Positions 9,126-17,542 of a stretch of 64,000 bases of DNA are shown in pieces (the first letter of the stretch is position 1; each line of letters begins with the position of its first letter). The stretch is taken from the NCBI GenBank assembly GCA_030604905.1, contig JAUVVA010000002.1, positions 8,641 to 72,640 of the forward strand. Reading direction: 5' to 3'. The notes beneath the pieces were generated by a model that was not told where the DNA came from, did no database searches, and saw nothing but the letters and a program-made list of their open reading frames with translations. The position numbers were made by a program, and so were the translations under genes. This stretch comes from Verrucomicrobiota bacterium (GTDB lineage Bacteria; Verrucomicrobiota; Verrucomicrobiia; Opitutales; Opitutaceae).

Positions 9126-10856
9126 TCAGGGAATTTGGGTGGGGCGGGTCCGGCCGAGCTTGGCGAAAAAATCTCCCGCGAAGGGATCGAGGCGCAGGGC
9201 ATGCCCCAAGGCCTCGTCTGCGGCGCGGCGCGCGGCAGGTGAACCTTCCGCTCGCGCGCGGCGATCGAGGAGATCGGCATAGAAATGGGCGGCGACCGCA
9301 TAGGTGACGTCGGCCTGGTGGATTCGCTCCGTCATCGCATCAAAGGCGAGAGCAGCCTCGCTGAGACTCCGTTCTCCACGATCGGCGGAGGCCTTGAGCA
9401 GATTTGCCAACGCGAACCAGTCGGACGCCTTTGGACGAATCTCTACCGGGCAGAGTTCGAAGACGCGGTGATAGGCATCGAGGGCCCGCGGGTCGGTGGA
9501 GCGGTCCAGGGCGCGGGCGAGCTCGAGCAGGGTGCGCGGGTCTTCGGGGCGGAGCCGCTCCATCGCGTGCAGATACTCAAGGTAGGCTGTCGTGTCCTGA
9601 TGTTTGGCCGCCGCCGGTCGGTTGCGGGCGAGCCATTCGAAATCGTCGCGATTGCTTGGTAGCAAGGCCAGGGCCAGAGCGGCGGCCCGCTGGTGCCGGG
9701 CGGCGAGGCTGAGGAGGCGCACGCTGTCTTCGTCCTCGGGCAAGGCGGGGAACGTCGATGCGGAGCGCCGCAACTCATCCCGCAGCGCGACCGCATGGAT
9801 CGCGTGCGGGAAGGAGCGAGCCTCGCGCGCGGCGTCGCCGTAGGTCCGCAGCAGCTCGGCGATCTCCGGCGAGCTTCGCGGGGCGGGAGGCGCGTCCAAA
9901 GCGGCGGCCAAGGCCCGTTCGAGGAAAACCAAACGCGCCATCGAGAGGATCGGTTGATCGGCCGTCGCTTTGACCAGGTCACTCCAGGTGGAACGCGGTT
10001 CGGCGGGGGAAGCGAGGCGACTGGCGAACTCCGCCCACTGCGCTTGTTCGGACAAAGGCAGAGAGTCTTGGGTGCGGATCTGGTCGAGAACGGCGGCGCG
10101 CCGGGCGTCCACCGGGAACGCGCAAGCGAGGGCGAGGCGGGCCAGGCCTGGGTTGCGCGGTCGCAAGGCGGAGAGGCGTGCGCTAAACTCCGAGGCTCGC
10201 GCGTAGTCCAGCTCCAGAAGCGCGAGATCCAGACCCGCGGTCAGGAAGCGCGGATCGGCGTGTTTGGAAAAGCTGTCCCCCGGTTCGGCGAGGAACGAGG
10301 CGGCCAACTCGGCGGCCTGACGTGCGGCGGGGATCTGAGCGCGCAGGGTGGGCCACTCCGAATCGGCATCGCCGAGGGAGAGAGACGCCAGGAGGCGGCG
10401 AACCTCGAGATAGGGCAGCGCCGGGTGGTGTGGCGCGCGTTTCTTCAGCTCGCGGGCGATGCGATCTCCGAGCGCGAATTGGTCGCTGGTGTAGAGGAGT
10501 TCGGCGGCGAGCCAGGCGGACTCGTGCGTTTGGGTGCGCGCGTAGGCGTCGAGGGCGAAGAGACGGGCGCGTTCCGTCTGGCCGAGCAGGAGATACGCGC
10601 GTGCGAGCGCGGGTGTCAGACGAGCGTGGGCGGCGATCGGAACCGGCGTCGGATGTGCCGAAACGAGTTCCTGGAGCCGGGCGGCGTCTCCGGTTTCGAT
10701 GGCTCGGCTGATCTGGTCTGCGCGAGCATTGAGTCGCTCTTGTTCGGTGAAGATTCCCACTCGTGCGGCGTGGACCGGAGGCGGGAAAACCAAGCCCAGG
10801 CCGAGAATCGCGAGAGCGAGGCGAGGGATGCGTGGAGCGCGGGGCGGGGTCGGCAT
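9126..10856 (-). CDS. Exported all-helical TPR-like hypothetical protein
   Basis: 576 aa; signal peptide ending VHA-A; Ala/Leu helical repeats such as 'RPEDPRTLLELARAL'. Confidence 0.7.
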   Translation of the reverse strand: MPTPPRAPRIPRLALAILGLGLVFPPPVHAARVGIFTEQERLNARADQISRAIETGDAARLQELVSAHPTPVPIAAHARLTPALARAYLLLGQTERARLFALDAYARTQTHESAWLAAELLYTSDQFALGDRIARELKKRAPHHPALPYLEVRRLLASLSLGDADSEWPTLRAQIPAARQAAELAASFLAEPGDSFSKHADPRFLTAGLDLALLELDYARASEFSARLSALRPRNPGLARLALACAFPVDARRAAVLDQIRTQDSLPLSEQAQWAEFASRLASPAEPRSTWSDLVKATADQPILSMARLVFLERALAAALDAPPAPRSSPEIAELLRTYGDAAREARSFPHAIHAVALRDELRRSASTFPALPEDEDSVRLLSLAARHQRAAALALALLPSNRDDFEWLARNRPAAAKHQDTTAYLEYLHAMERLRPEDPRTLLELARALDRSTDPRALDAYHRVFELCPVEIRPKASDWFALANLLKASADRGERSLSEAALAFDAMTERIHQADVTYAVAAHFYADLLDRRARAEGSPAARRAADEALGHALRLDPFAGDFFAKLGRTRPTQIP

Positions 10857-10868
10857 GAAGGTTGGTGC

Positions 10869-11147
10869 TTAGGTTTGGTGGGGTGAGGTGAGATCGGCGG
10901 GCGTGTTCCAGTTGGAGAAGAGCGGAACCTCGGGCTCGGAGATCGGGCGAGGCCGCATCCAGCCGGCGGCGCAGGCGGCGGCGAGCAGGCGCTGGAGGGA
11001 AAGATCTTGGCGTGCGACTGCGTCGGCGACTGCGGCGCGAATGTCGCCGGAGACTGGATACACCGCGCACAGTGGTTCGAAGGTGCCGTCGGCGTGGCGG
11101 GGGGCGGAGCCGGCGCTCGAAGTGCCGATGAGAAGGAGGTCGCGAAG
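10869..11147 (-). pseudogene. mobA: Diverged 3' remnant of mobA
   Basis: LRDLL…APRHADGTFEPLCAVYPVSGD…LSLQRLLAAACAAGWM…NWNTPADL parallels 7202-7450; the 5' part is missing. Confidence 0.88.
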
Positions 11148-11230
11148 GCGGCGCGGTCGCTCAGGGTGACGCGCGCGATGCGGAGGGGGGAGGTTTCGGA
11201 GGGTTTAACCACGGAGGGCACGGAGAGCAC
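11147..11230 (-). pseudogene. mog: 5' remnant of mog, fused out of frame to the mobA remnant
   Basis: VVKPSETSPLRIARVTLSDRAA is nearly identical to 8717-8800. Confidence 0.85.
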
Positions 11231-11313
11231 GGAGAGGAGGAGGCAGGGAGTTGAGGGAGGAGACCGCAGCCGATCTGGTTTTTCTCTCCGTGACCTCCGT
11301 GTCCTCCGTGGTT
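11207..11313. repeat. Second copy of the 9-bp-unit inverted-repeat element
   Basis: AACCACGGAGGGCACGGAGAGCACGGAGAG … CTCTCCGTGACCTCCGTGTCCTCCGTGGTT. Confidence 0.9.
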
Positions 11314-11771
11314 CAATTTTTTAGTTTTTCGGTCACGCGGACGCCGGTGAGGCTCATGGTTTTGTCGACGGCCTTCATCATGTCGTAGAGGGTGAGGCCG
11401 GCGATGCTCACGGCCACGAGGGCCTCCATCTCCACGCCGGTCTTGGCGGCGACGCGCGACGTCGCGGAAATCTGAATACGGTCCTCGAGCACGGTGAAGT
11501 CGACCGAGACCGAATCGAGGGGAAGGCCGTGGCAGAGGGGGATGAGCTCGTCGGTGCGTTTGGCCGCGAGGATGCCGGCGAGGCGGGCGGCGGCGAGCAC
11601 GTCGCCTTTGGGCAGGGCCTGGGCGCGCAGGAGATCGAGCGTGGCTGGCTGGCAGAGCAGCTCACCGACGGCGGTGGCGGAGCGCTGCTGCACGGGCTTG
11701 TGGCCGACGTCGACCATCCGGGCGGCGCCATGGGCGTCGAGGTGGCTGAAAGCGGGGGCGGAATCGGGCAT
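11313..11771 (-). CDS. moaC: Cyclic pyranopterin monophosphate synthase
   Basis: 'SHLD…RMVDV', 'KGDVL', 'LIPLCH', 'TGVEMEAL' and 'YDMMKAVDK'. Confidence 0.97.
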   Translation of the reverse strand: MPDSAPAFSHLDAHGAARMVDVGHKPVQQRSATAVGELLCQPATLDLLRAQALPKGDVLAAARLAGILAAKRTDELIPLCHGLPLDSVSVDFTVLEDRIQISATSRVAAKTGVEMEALVAVSIAGLTLYDMMKAVDKTMSLTGVRVTEKLKN

Positions 11772-11783
11772 GAGCGCGTTCTT

Positions 11784-11813
11784 AACCACGGATGGCACGG
11801 ATGGGCACGGATA
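11784..11813. repeat. Single arm of the AACCACGGAT 9-10-bp unit repeat
   Basis: AACCACGGATGGCACGGATGGGCACGGATA lies between vapC and moaC. Confidence 0.75.
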
Positions 11814-11839
11814 AACCGGACGAATGCAGGCGCCGGCGC

Positions 11840-12208
11840 TCAGAGCTTCGCGAGTTCGGCAAAGTGGGCGTCGGCGGCTTCGACGGGGACCTTGTGGTGG
11901 CGACCCACGGCGGCGATGAGCAGATCGGGGTTGGGCACGGTGAGGCCCTTGGCGCGGGCGCGGCGGCCGAGTTCGCAGGCGAGTTCCCACACTTCCGGGG
12001 GAATCTCGAGTTCCGGAATCACCTGCTCGAAGTGAGACAGAAGCTGCTTCTCGTGTGCGCCTCTTGCGCCATGCCAAAGTTCCACGCGAACCATGCCGCA
12101 CCAGCAAACTTCGCCTGCGGCGAGCAGGGCGTTCAAGCGTTGTTTGGACTCGGGCGAACCAGTCTCGCGCAGGGAGTCGATGAAGAGGGAGGTGTCGACG
12201 AGGCGCAT
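11840..12208 (-). CDS. vapC: PIN-domain toxin (VapC family)
   Basis: 'LVDTS', 'VRVELWHG', 'PDLLIAA' and 'DAHF' PIN motifs; 122 aa. Confidence 0.9.
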   Translation of the reverse strand: MRLVDTSLFIDSLRETGSPESKQRLNALLAAGEVCWCGMVRVELWHGARGAHEKQLLSHFEQVIPELEIPPEVWELACELGRRARAKGLTVPNPDLLIAAVGRHHKVPVEAADAHFAELAKL

Positions 12209-12209
12209 G

Positions 12210-12425
12210 TCAAAAGCTGTGCGTCCCGCGGCGGCGCAGTTCCATGAGTTCTTCGAGAGACATCATGTCTTTGCAGGTTCCGATATACTTGGTGAGCTCC
12301 GCCATCTTCTTGCGGCGGTTATACTCGGCGATGGCGGTGTTGATCGCCTCACGTTTGGTCGCTGCCTTGGTGAGACGCATAAGGTCTTTTAGCTCCTTGT
12401 CGGGAATATCCACGGTGGTCTTCAT
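12210..12425 (-). CDS. vapB: VapB-type antitoxin
   Basis: 'MKTTVDIPD…TKREAINTAI' RHH-like; immediately upstream of the PIN gene. Confidence 0.85.
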   Translation of the reverse strand: MKTTVDIPDKELKDLMRLTKAATKREAINTAIAEYNRRKKMAELTKYIGTCKDMMSLEELMELRRRGTHSF

Positions 12426-12474
12426 GCTTCCAAACGTGGTTGATTTGGATTCCGCGGCAAGCGCGGACGGATTC

Positions 12475-13683
12475 TCAAAGGATCAGCGCCTCGGCGTGGG
12501 TTTGGGGGGCGGCGGCGGTGGGCACGCGGAGCAGGGCGTGGGTGCGGGAGAGGGTGGTGAGATCGCTGCTGTCGGCCCAGGGGAGGGGGGCGTAGCCTTG
12601 CGGCGTGCGGGTGGCGGGCCACCAAGTCTCGCGAGGATTGGTGCGCAGCGGGGCGCCAGGCGCGAGCGGGACCTGGGACACGGGCGCAGGCTCGGCGGTG
12701 GCGAGCCGGGAGAGGAGGCGCGCGACGAAGAGGTGGAAGCAGACGAAGTGGGAGAGCGGGTTGCCGGGGAGCCCGATGGCGAACTGGCGGCCCCGGGGCG
12801 TCTCGCGGGTGGCGACGAGCAGGGGCTTGCCGGGACGGGAGGCGACTTGGTTGACCACGAGAGAAAAACCCTGCTCGGCGAAGAGGCGGGCGGTGTGGTC
12901 GTGCTCGCCGCCGCTGGAGCCGCCGGAGACGAGAAGGAGGTCGGGCGCGGGGGCGGTGGCGAGGAGACCGGTGAAGGCGGACGAGACGGAGGCGTGGGAC
13001 TCGCCGGCGCGGGCGTGGGCGACGAGTTCGGCGCAACCGGTGTCGCGGAGGAGCGCGGCGATGAGCGGGGAGTTGCAGTCGCGGATTTGGCCGGGGGCGG
13101 GCGTGGCGTCGGGCGGGATGATCTCGCCGCCGGTGACGAGGTGGGCGACGCGGGCGTGACGCGTGACGCTCGGCGTGGTGAGGCCGAGGGAGGCGAGCAG
13201 GGCGAGCGAGCCGGCGGTAAGCACGGTGCCGGCGGGCAGGAGAAGGTCGCCGGCACGGGCTTGGGAGGCGCGGCGGCGGATGAGGCTGGTCGAGGGCGCG
13301 ACGCGGAGGGTGATCGTGGGGGTGCCGTCGGTGGCGGTGGCGAGCGTAGTATCCTCGTGCATGAGGAGACCGACGAGGCCCGCCGGCACGGCGGAGCCGG
13401 TGAAGAGCTTGAGCGCCACTGCGCCATCTATCGTCGCCGGAAAGGCGGGTGCGGGCTGGCCGACGGGAATGTGGCCGACGATGCGGAGAGTGGCGCCGGC
13501 TGGGGTGTCGAGCGGGACGACGTAGCCGTCGATCGCCGAGCGGTCGAAGGGGGGCTGGTCCTCCGGGGCGAGCGCGTCGGTGCGGAGCACGCGGCCGGCG
13601 GCGGCGGAGAGTGGCACGGCCTCGGCGGCGAGCGGCGCGGCGAGGGCGTCGAGACGTTGCCAGACTTCGGTAACGGTGAGCAC
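12475..13683 (-). CDS. moeA: Molybdopterin molybdotransferase
   Basis: 'PPFDRSAIDGY', 'TGGEI', 'GQIRDCN', 'SGGSSGG', 'RPGKP' and 'GLPGNP'; GTG start inferred. Confidence 0.95.
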   Translation of the reverse strand: MLTVTEVWQRLDALAAPLAAEAVPLSAAAGRVLRTDALAPEDQPPFDRSAIDGYVVPLDTPAGATLRIVGHIPVGQPAPAFPATIDGAVALKLFTGSAVPAGLVGLLMHEDTTLATATDGTPTITLRVAPSTSLIRRRASQARAGDLLLPAGTVLTAGSLALLASLGLTTPSVTRHARVAHLVTGGEIIPPDATPAPGQIRDCNSPLIAALLRDTGCAELVAHARAGESHASVSSAFTGLLATAPAPDLLLVSGGSSGGEHDHTARLFAEQGFSLVVNQVASRPGKPLLVATRETPRGRQFAIGLPGNPLSHFVCFHLFVARLLSRLATAEPAPVSQVPLAPGAPLRTNPRETWWPATRTPQGYAPLPWADSSDLTTLSRTHALLRVPTAAAPQTHAEALIL

Positions 13684-13736
13684 GGGGTCAGAGCGACAGA
13701 AGGACGGAGCGGCGGAGGACGCGGAATCGCGGGGGC

Positions 13737-14126
13737 TCAGGCGGGGATGACCTCGGTTTTCCAGATGGGGACGTCCTGTTTGAGGCGGTCCATGAAGGCG
13801 CTGAGGACAGTAAAGGCTTCGGCACGGTGGCGGGAGGCGACGCCGATGTAGATGGCGGCTTCGCCCACGGGCACGCGGCCGAGGCGGTGGTGGACGCGGA
13901 CGCCGAGGCAGGGGTGCGCGGTGGTGAGATCGTCGAGGATGCGGGTGATCTCGCGCTCGGCCATCGGTTGGTAGGCCTCGTAAACGAGCGCGGCGATGGG
14001 CGCGCCCTTTTCCTCGCCGCGCACGAGCCCGCGAAACTCGGCGAGGGCGCCGACGCCGGGCCCGGCCGCGGGCGGCGGCAGCGCGGCGGGGATGGGCTCG
14101 GGGCCGAGGTGGATGTGCAGACTCAT
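13737..14126 (-). CDS. moaE: Molybdopterin synthase catalytic subunit
   Basis: 'FRGLVR', 'YEAYQPMA', 'HRLG', 'HRAEAF' and 'LKQDVPIWKTE'. Confidence 0.95.
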   Translation of the reverse strand: MSLHIHLGPEPIPAALPPPAAGPGVGALAEFRGLVRGEEKGAPIAALVYEAYQPMAEREITRILDDLTTAHPCLGVRVHHRLGRVPVGEAAIYIGVASRHRAEAFTVLSAFMDRLKQDVPIWKTEVIPA

Positions 14127-14150
14127 AAGGGGCGGCGGATTCAGCATTCC

Positions 14151-14939
14151 TTAGGACGAGGCGCTGGCGTAGCGGCGCAGGCCGGCGTGGAAGATGCGGA
14201 TCGCGATGAAAAGCCAGAGGAGGGTGGCGCCGACCATCCACGCGGCGTAGACGGGCTCGAAGCCGTGGATGAGCACGCGCGCGGGCACGTTGCTCACGAT
14301 GATGACGGGCAGGAGGTAGACGAAGACCACGTTGGCCACGCCGCGCAGCGCCTCGCGGGGCAGGCGCGAAAACTCGGTGAGGCCGAAGTAGCCGCCCTCG
14401 ATGCCTTTCGCGCTTTGGAGCCAGAAGACCATCGAGATGATGGCGAGGAGCGTGGCGTAGTGGAGGGCGAGGCCGCAGAGGATGAAGAGCGCGTAGGCGG
14501 CGAGTTGGCCGACGCTGGGCTCGAGCCCGAGCTGACGCGCGGCGTAGACGACGATGGCGAGCGCGACGGGCACGTTGACGAAGCCGTCGAGGTCGAACTT
14601 TCGCGTCGAGACCATGAAAAGCGGCGAGCCGGGCTGGGCCAAAAAGAAGTCGAAGTGGCCGCTGCGCACGTTGCGGCCCATCTCGAAGAGGTTGCTCCAG
14701 AAAAAGGCCATGAGCAGGCGTTGCACGAGCAGCGTGGTGCCGACGAGGAGCAGCATCTCGTATTGGGACCAGCCGGCGATGCTGTCGGTGTGCGAGTAGA
14801 TGATGCCGACGAGCAGCACGTTGACGCTCATCCAGAAAAATTCGACCAGCGCCCACATGAGGAAGTCGCCGCGAAACATCATGGCGCGCACCAGCGAGTA
14901 GCGGATGCTGGCGAGCCAGATGCGGGCGTAGCGGAGCAT
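14151..14939 (-). CDS. ABC-2 family permease (DUF990/ABC2_membrane_6-like)
   Basis: Six TM segments; 'VRSGHFDFFLAQP'; C-terminal 'GLRRYASASS'. Confidence 0.85.
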   Translation of the reverse strand: MLRYARIWLASIRYSLVRAMMFRGDFLMWALVEFFWMSVNVLLVGIIYSHTDSIAGWSQYEMLLLVGTTLLVQRLLMAFFWSNLFEMGRNVRSGHFDFFLAQPGSPLFMVSTRKFDLDGFVNVPVALAIVVYAARQLGLEPSVGQLAAYALFILCGLALHYATLLAIISMVFWLQSAKGIEGGYFGLTEFSRLPREALRGVANVVFVYLLPVIIVSNVPARVLIHGFEPVYAAWMVGATLLWLFIAIRIFHAGLRRYASASS

Positions 14940-14958
14940 GGTCGGGGAATGGAGGAGT

Positions 14959-15057
14959 CTAAGGTCCGAAGGTCATAGGTCGAAAGTCGAGTGCGGTCCC
15001 GCGGGTGCGGGACGGCCGGTGGTGACATTGGACTTTAAGACTTGGGACATTTGACAG
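14959..15057. repeat. Degenerate 7-8-bp tandem units in inverted arrangement (AAGGTCC/AAAGTCG … GACTTT/GACATT)
   Basis: Intergenic between the two permease genes. Confidence 0.55.
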
Positions 15058-15069
15058 ATTGAGGTGGCT

Positions 15070-15885
15070 TCAACCGCCCACCGCGGTGTGGCGGCGGAGG
15101 CCGCGGCGCCAGAGGAGCTGGGCGATGCCGAGGAGCAGGACGGTCCAGCCGGCCTGGATGGCGAGGCCTTGGAGCGCGATGCCGAGGTCGGTGATGCGGC
15201 CGGTGAGGAGCGCGGCCGGGAAATACATCTGGTAGTAGTAGGGCAGCCAGCGCGAGAGCTCGTAGAGCCAGCCCGGCATGAGGTCCAAGGGGAAGATCTG
15301 CCCGCCAAGCACGGCCTCGATGGCGAGGGAGAGAATGACGAAGGACTGGATCTCGAGAAACCAGAAGGTCAGCAGGCCAAAACAGTAGGCGATGGTGAAC
15401 TGGATGAGCGCGGAGAGGATAAGCGCGGGGATGGCCACGAGGTAAAGCGGCAGGTGCTCCTCGCCGGGCAGCGTCAAGTGCGGCCAGAGCAGCGGGAGGG
15501 CGAGCAGCACGGGCAGCAGCGAGAGGCCGCCCATCACGAAACGCGCGGAGAAGTAGAGGCTGAGTCGGTAGCCGAGGTAGTTGATCGGCTTGGTGAGGAA
15601 CTGGTTGATCAGGCCGTTGCGAATCTCCTCGGAGATCTCGTAGTCGTCATTGGCCGCGCTGAGGAAAAACTGCAGCACGAGCAGCAGCGTGAAGTAGGTG
15701 AGCGTGGCCGAGAGCGGGAAACCGCCGATCTCCGTCTGCCCTTGGTAGGCCGCGCCCCAGAGGATGAAGACGTAGACGAGGTGGAGCAGCGAAAAGGCCG
15801 CGCGCAGCGCGAAGTTCCACCGGTAGACGAGATTCGTCTGAATGCCGGTGAGGAAGACTTGGCGGTATTTGGCGAGCGCGGACAC
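15070..15885 (-). CDS. ABC-2 family permease (DUF990/ABC2_membrane_6-like)
   Basis: 'IRNGLINQFLTKP', 'GQIFPLDLMP' and C-terminal 'GLRRHTAVGG'. Confidence 0.85.
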   Translation of the reverse strand: MSALAKYRQVFLTGIQTNLVYRWNFALRAAFSLLHLVYVFILWGAAYQGQTEIGGFPLSATLTYFTLLLVLQFFLSAANDDYEISEEIRNGLINQFLTKPINYLGYRLSLYFSARFVMGGLSLLPVLLALPLLWPHLTLPGEEHLPLYLVAIPALILSALIQFTIAYCFGLLTFWFLEIQSFVILSLAIEAVLGGQIFPLDLMPGWLYELSRWLPYYYQMYFPAALLTGRITDLGIALQGLAIQAGWTVLLLGIAQLLWRRGLRRHTAVGG

Positions 15886-15900
15886 GAGCGGTTTTTCTTT

Positions 15901-15965
15901 AACCGCGGATTAGGCGGATGGGCGCGGATGGGCGGAGATTTTCAACCAAGGATGGCAGGGATGGA
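15901..15965. repeat. Degenerate AACCGCGGAT/GCGGATGG unit repeat
   Basis: Same family as 11784-11813. Confidence 0.6.
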
Positions 15966-16015
15966 CCCGGCTGGGAGGATTCATTTATCCCCGCTCAATC
16001 GCGTCACCGGGTGCG

Positions 16016-16798
16016 TCACTTTTCGGTGAGTTGGAAGCGCTGGATCACCTCTTTGGCGAGGTTGCGGTAGGCGGTGGAGCCGGGGGAGCTGTTGTCGTAG
16101 GCGAAGATCGTCTTGCCGAAGCTGGGGGCCTCGCTGAGGCGCACGGTGCGAGGGATGACGGTCTGGAAAATCTTGTCGGGCAGGTGCTGCTTCACCTCTT
16201 CAACCACCTGGCGCGAGAGGTTGGTGCGCATGTCGAACATCGTCATGACGACGCCGCCTAGCGTGAGGCCGGGATTGAGCGCCCCTTTGATGCGCTCGAG
16301 ATTGCGCAGGATCGCGCCGAGGCCCTCGAGCGCCATGTATTCGCACTGGAGCGCGATGAGCAGGTGGTCGGCGGCGCTGAGGCTGTTCATCGAGAGCATG
16401 CCCATGGAGGGCGGGCAATCGATCACGACTGCGCCGTAGCGGCCGGAGGCGCGCACGGGGTCGAGGATGGCGCGCAGGCGGCCGAGGTAGTTGTCGGTGC
16501 CGGCGAGCTCGATCTCCAGCGCGCCGAGATCCTCCTCGCTGGGGATGAGATCGAGGCGCTCCACCGGGGTGGGGGTGATCATCGCGAGCGCGTCGCCTTC
16601 GCCACGCAGGGGACCGTAGAGCGAGCGGCCCTCCTGCTTCTCGACGCCGACGGCCGAGGTGGCGTTGGCCTGGGGGTCGAGGTCGACGAGCAGGGTGGCG
16701 ATCTTTTTTTCGGCAAGGGCCGCGGCCAGGTTGACGGCGGTGGTGGTCTTGCCGACGCCGCCCTTTTGGTTGGCGATGGTGAAAACGGTGGTGGGCAT
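16016..16798 (-). CDS. parA: ParA/Soj-family ATPase
   Basis: Deviant Walker A 'KGGVGKTT'; 'DLDPQANAT', 'IDCPP' and 'RLSEAPSFG'. Confidence 0.92.
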   Translation of the reverse strand: MPTTVFTIANQKGGVGKTTTAVNLAAALAEKKIATLLVDLDPQANATSAVGVEKQEGRSLYGPLRGEGDALAMITPTPVERLDLIPSEEDLGALEIELAGTDNYLGRLRAILDPVRASGRYGAVVIDCPPSMGMLSMNSLSAADHLLIALQCEYMALEGLGAILRNLERIKGALNPGLTLGGVVMTMFDMRTNLSRQVVEEVKQHLPDKIFQTVIPRTVRLSEAPSFGKTIFAYDNSSPGSTAYRNLAKEVIQRFQLTEK

Positions 16799-16807
16799 GT
16801 GCGATGG

Positions 16808-16827
16808 GATGACGAATGACGAATGCC
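16808..16827. repeat. Heptamer tandem (GAATGAC)n
   Basis: Reverse complement of the ATTCGTC array at 42184. Confidence 0.55.
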
Positions 16828-16867
16828 CGCGCTCGAATGGGCAAGCGCGGGCTGTCGACGACCTGCG

Positions 16868-17434
16868 TCAGGTTGCTTCATCCAACAAGGCAAAGGTTTG
16901 CACGATTTCGTGGCGGGTGCCGGCGGGGCCGGGCAGGCTGCGCATGAGGTGAAAGGCCTCGCTGCGCCAGAGCGGGCCGACAAAGGCGGCGTGGCGCTTC
17001 AGCCAGTGTTCGACGGCCACGGGCGGGGCTTCGCCGACCCGGGCGACGGTAAAATGGGGCACGAAAGGCGTGAGCGCGAAGGGCACGCCGCTGGCGAGCA
17101 GGCGGTCGTCGACCTGCTGGCGGAGGCGCAGGAGGAAGGGGTGGGCGCGGCCGACGCCGGTCCAGAGCACGGCGGGGCGGCCGCGGGGCGGGAAACGGCC
17201 GACGCCCTCGACGCCGAGGGGGAAGGCGCCGACCTGCACGCCGGCGAGGGCATCGAGCACCGGTCGTAGTTGATCTTCGGATACGTCGCCAAGGAAGCGC
17301 AGCGTGAGGTGCAGCTGGCCGGGCGGGGTCCAGCGGGCGCGGGGCATGCGCTCGGCGAGCGCGGCGAGGGCCTCGCGGGCGGGCTCGCTGGGGTGGAGGG
17401 CGACGAAGAGACGGTGGGGGGCGGGCGCGGACAT
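16868..17434 (-). CDS. thpR: RNA 2',3'-cyclic phosphodiesterase (2H family)
   Basis: 'RLFVAL'; two HxT motifs (HLTLRFLG, PHFTVAR). Confidence 0.92.
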   Translation of the reverse strand: MSAPAPHRLFVALHPSEPAREALAALAERMPRARWTPPGQLHLTLRFLGDVSEDQLRPVLDALAGVQVGAFPLGVEGVGRFPPRGRPAVLWTGVGRAHPFLLRLRQQVDDRLLASGVPFALTPFVPHFTVARVGEAPPVAVEHWLKRHAAFVGPLWRSEAFHLMRSLPGPAGTRHEIVQTFALLDEAT

Positions 17435-17474
17435 CGGTGTGCGGAACAGCGAAGTCGCGTCGGCCGCTTTGGCG

Positions 17475-17508
17475 AAAAAAAGCGGCCGCCCCGGCAAGGG
17501 GCGGCCGC
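17475..17508 (-). terminator. Intrinsic terminator downstream of the MCP gene
   Basis: GCGGCCGCCC stem followed by a U-tract on the minus strand. Confidence 0.8.
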
Positions 17509-17542
17509 GCGGGCCCGGAGAGGCGAAGCAGGGTTTGGTTGG

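Noticed and set aside
7202-11401. Diverged duplicate segments as a DGR template/variable repeat pair
   Set aside because: Mismatches are not adenine-specific, there is no reverse transcriptase, and the duplicates span several collinear genes.
16016-16798. Calling this ATPase FlhG
   Set aside because: Motifs (ANQKGGVGKTT, QCEY.ALEG, RLSEAPS) are Soj/ParA-type, not MinD/FlhG-type.
3143-16830. Hairpin-separated genes as an integron cassette array
   Set aside because: No integrase and no attC RYYYAAC/GTTRRRY boxes; most of the genes are housekeeping.
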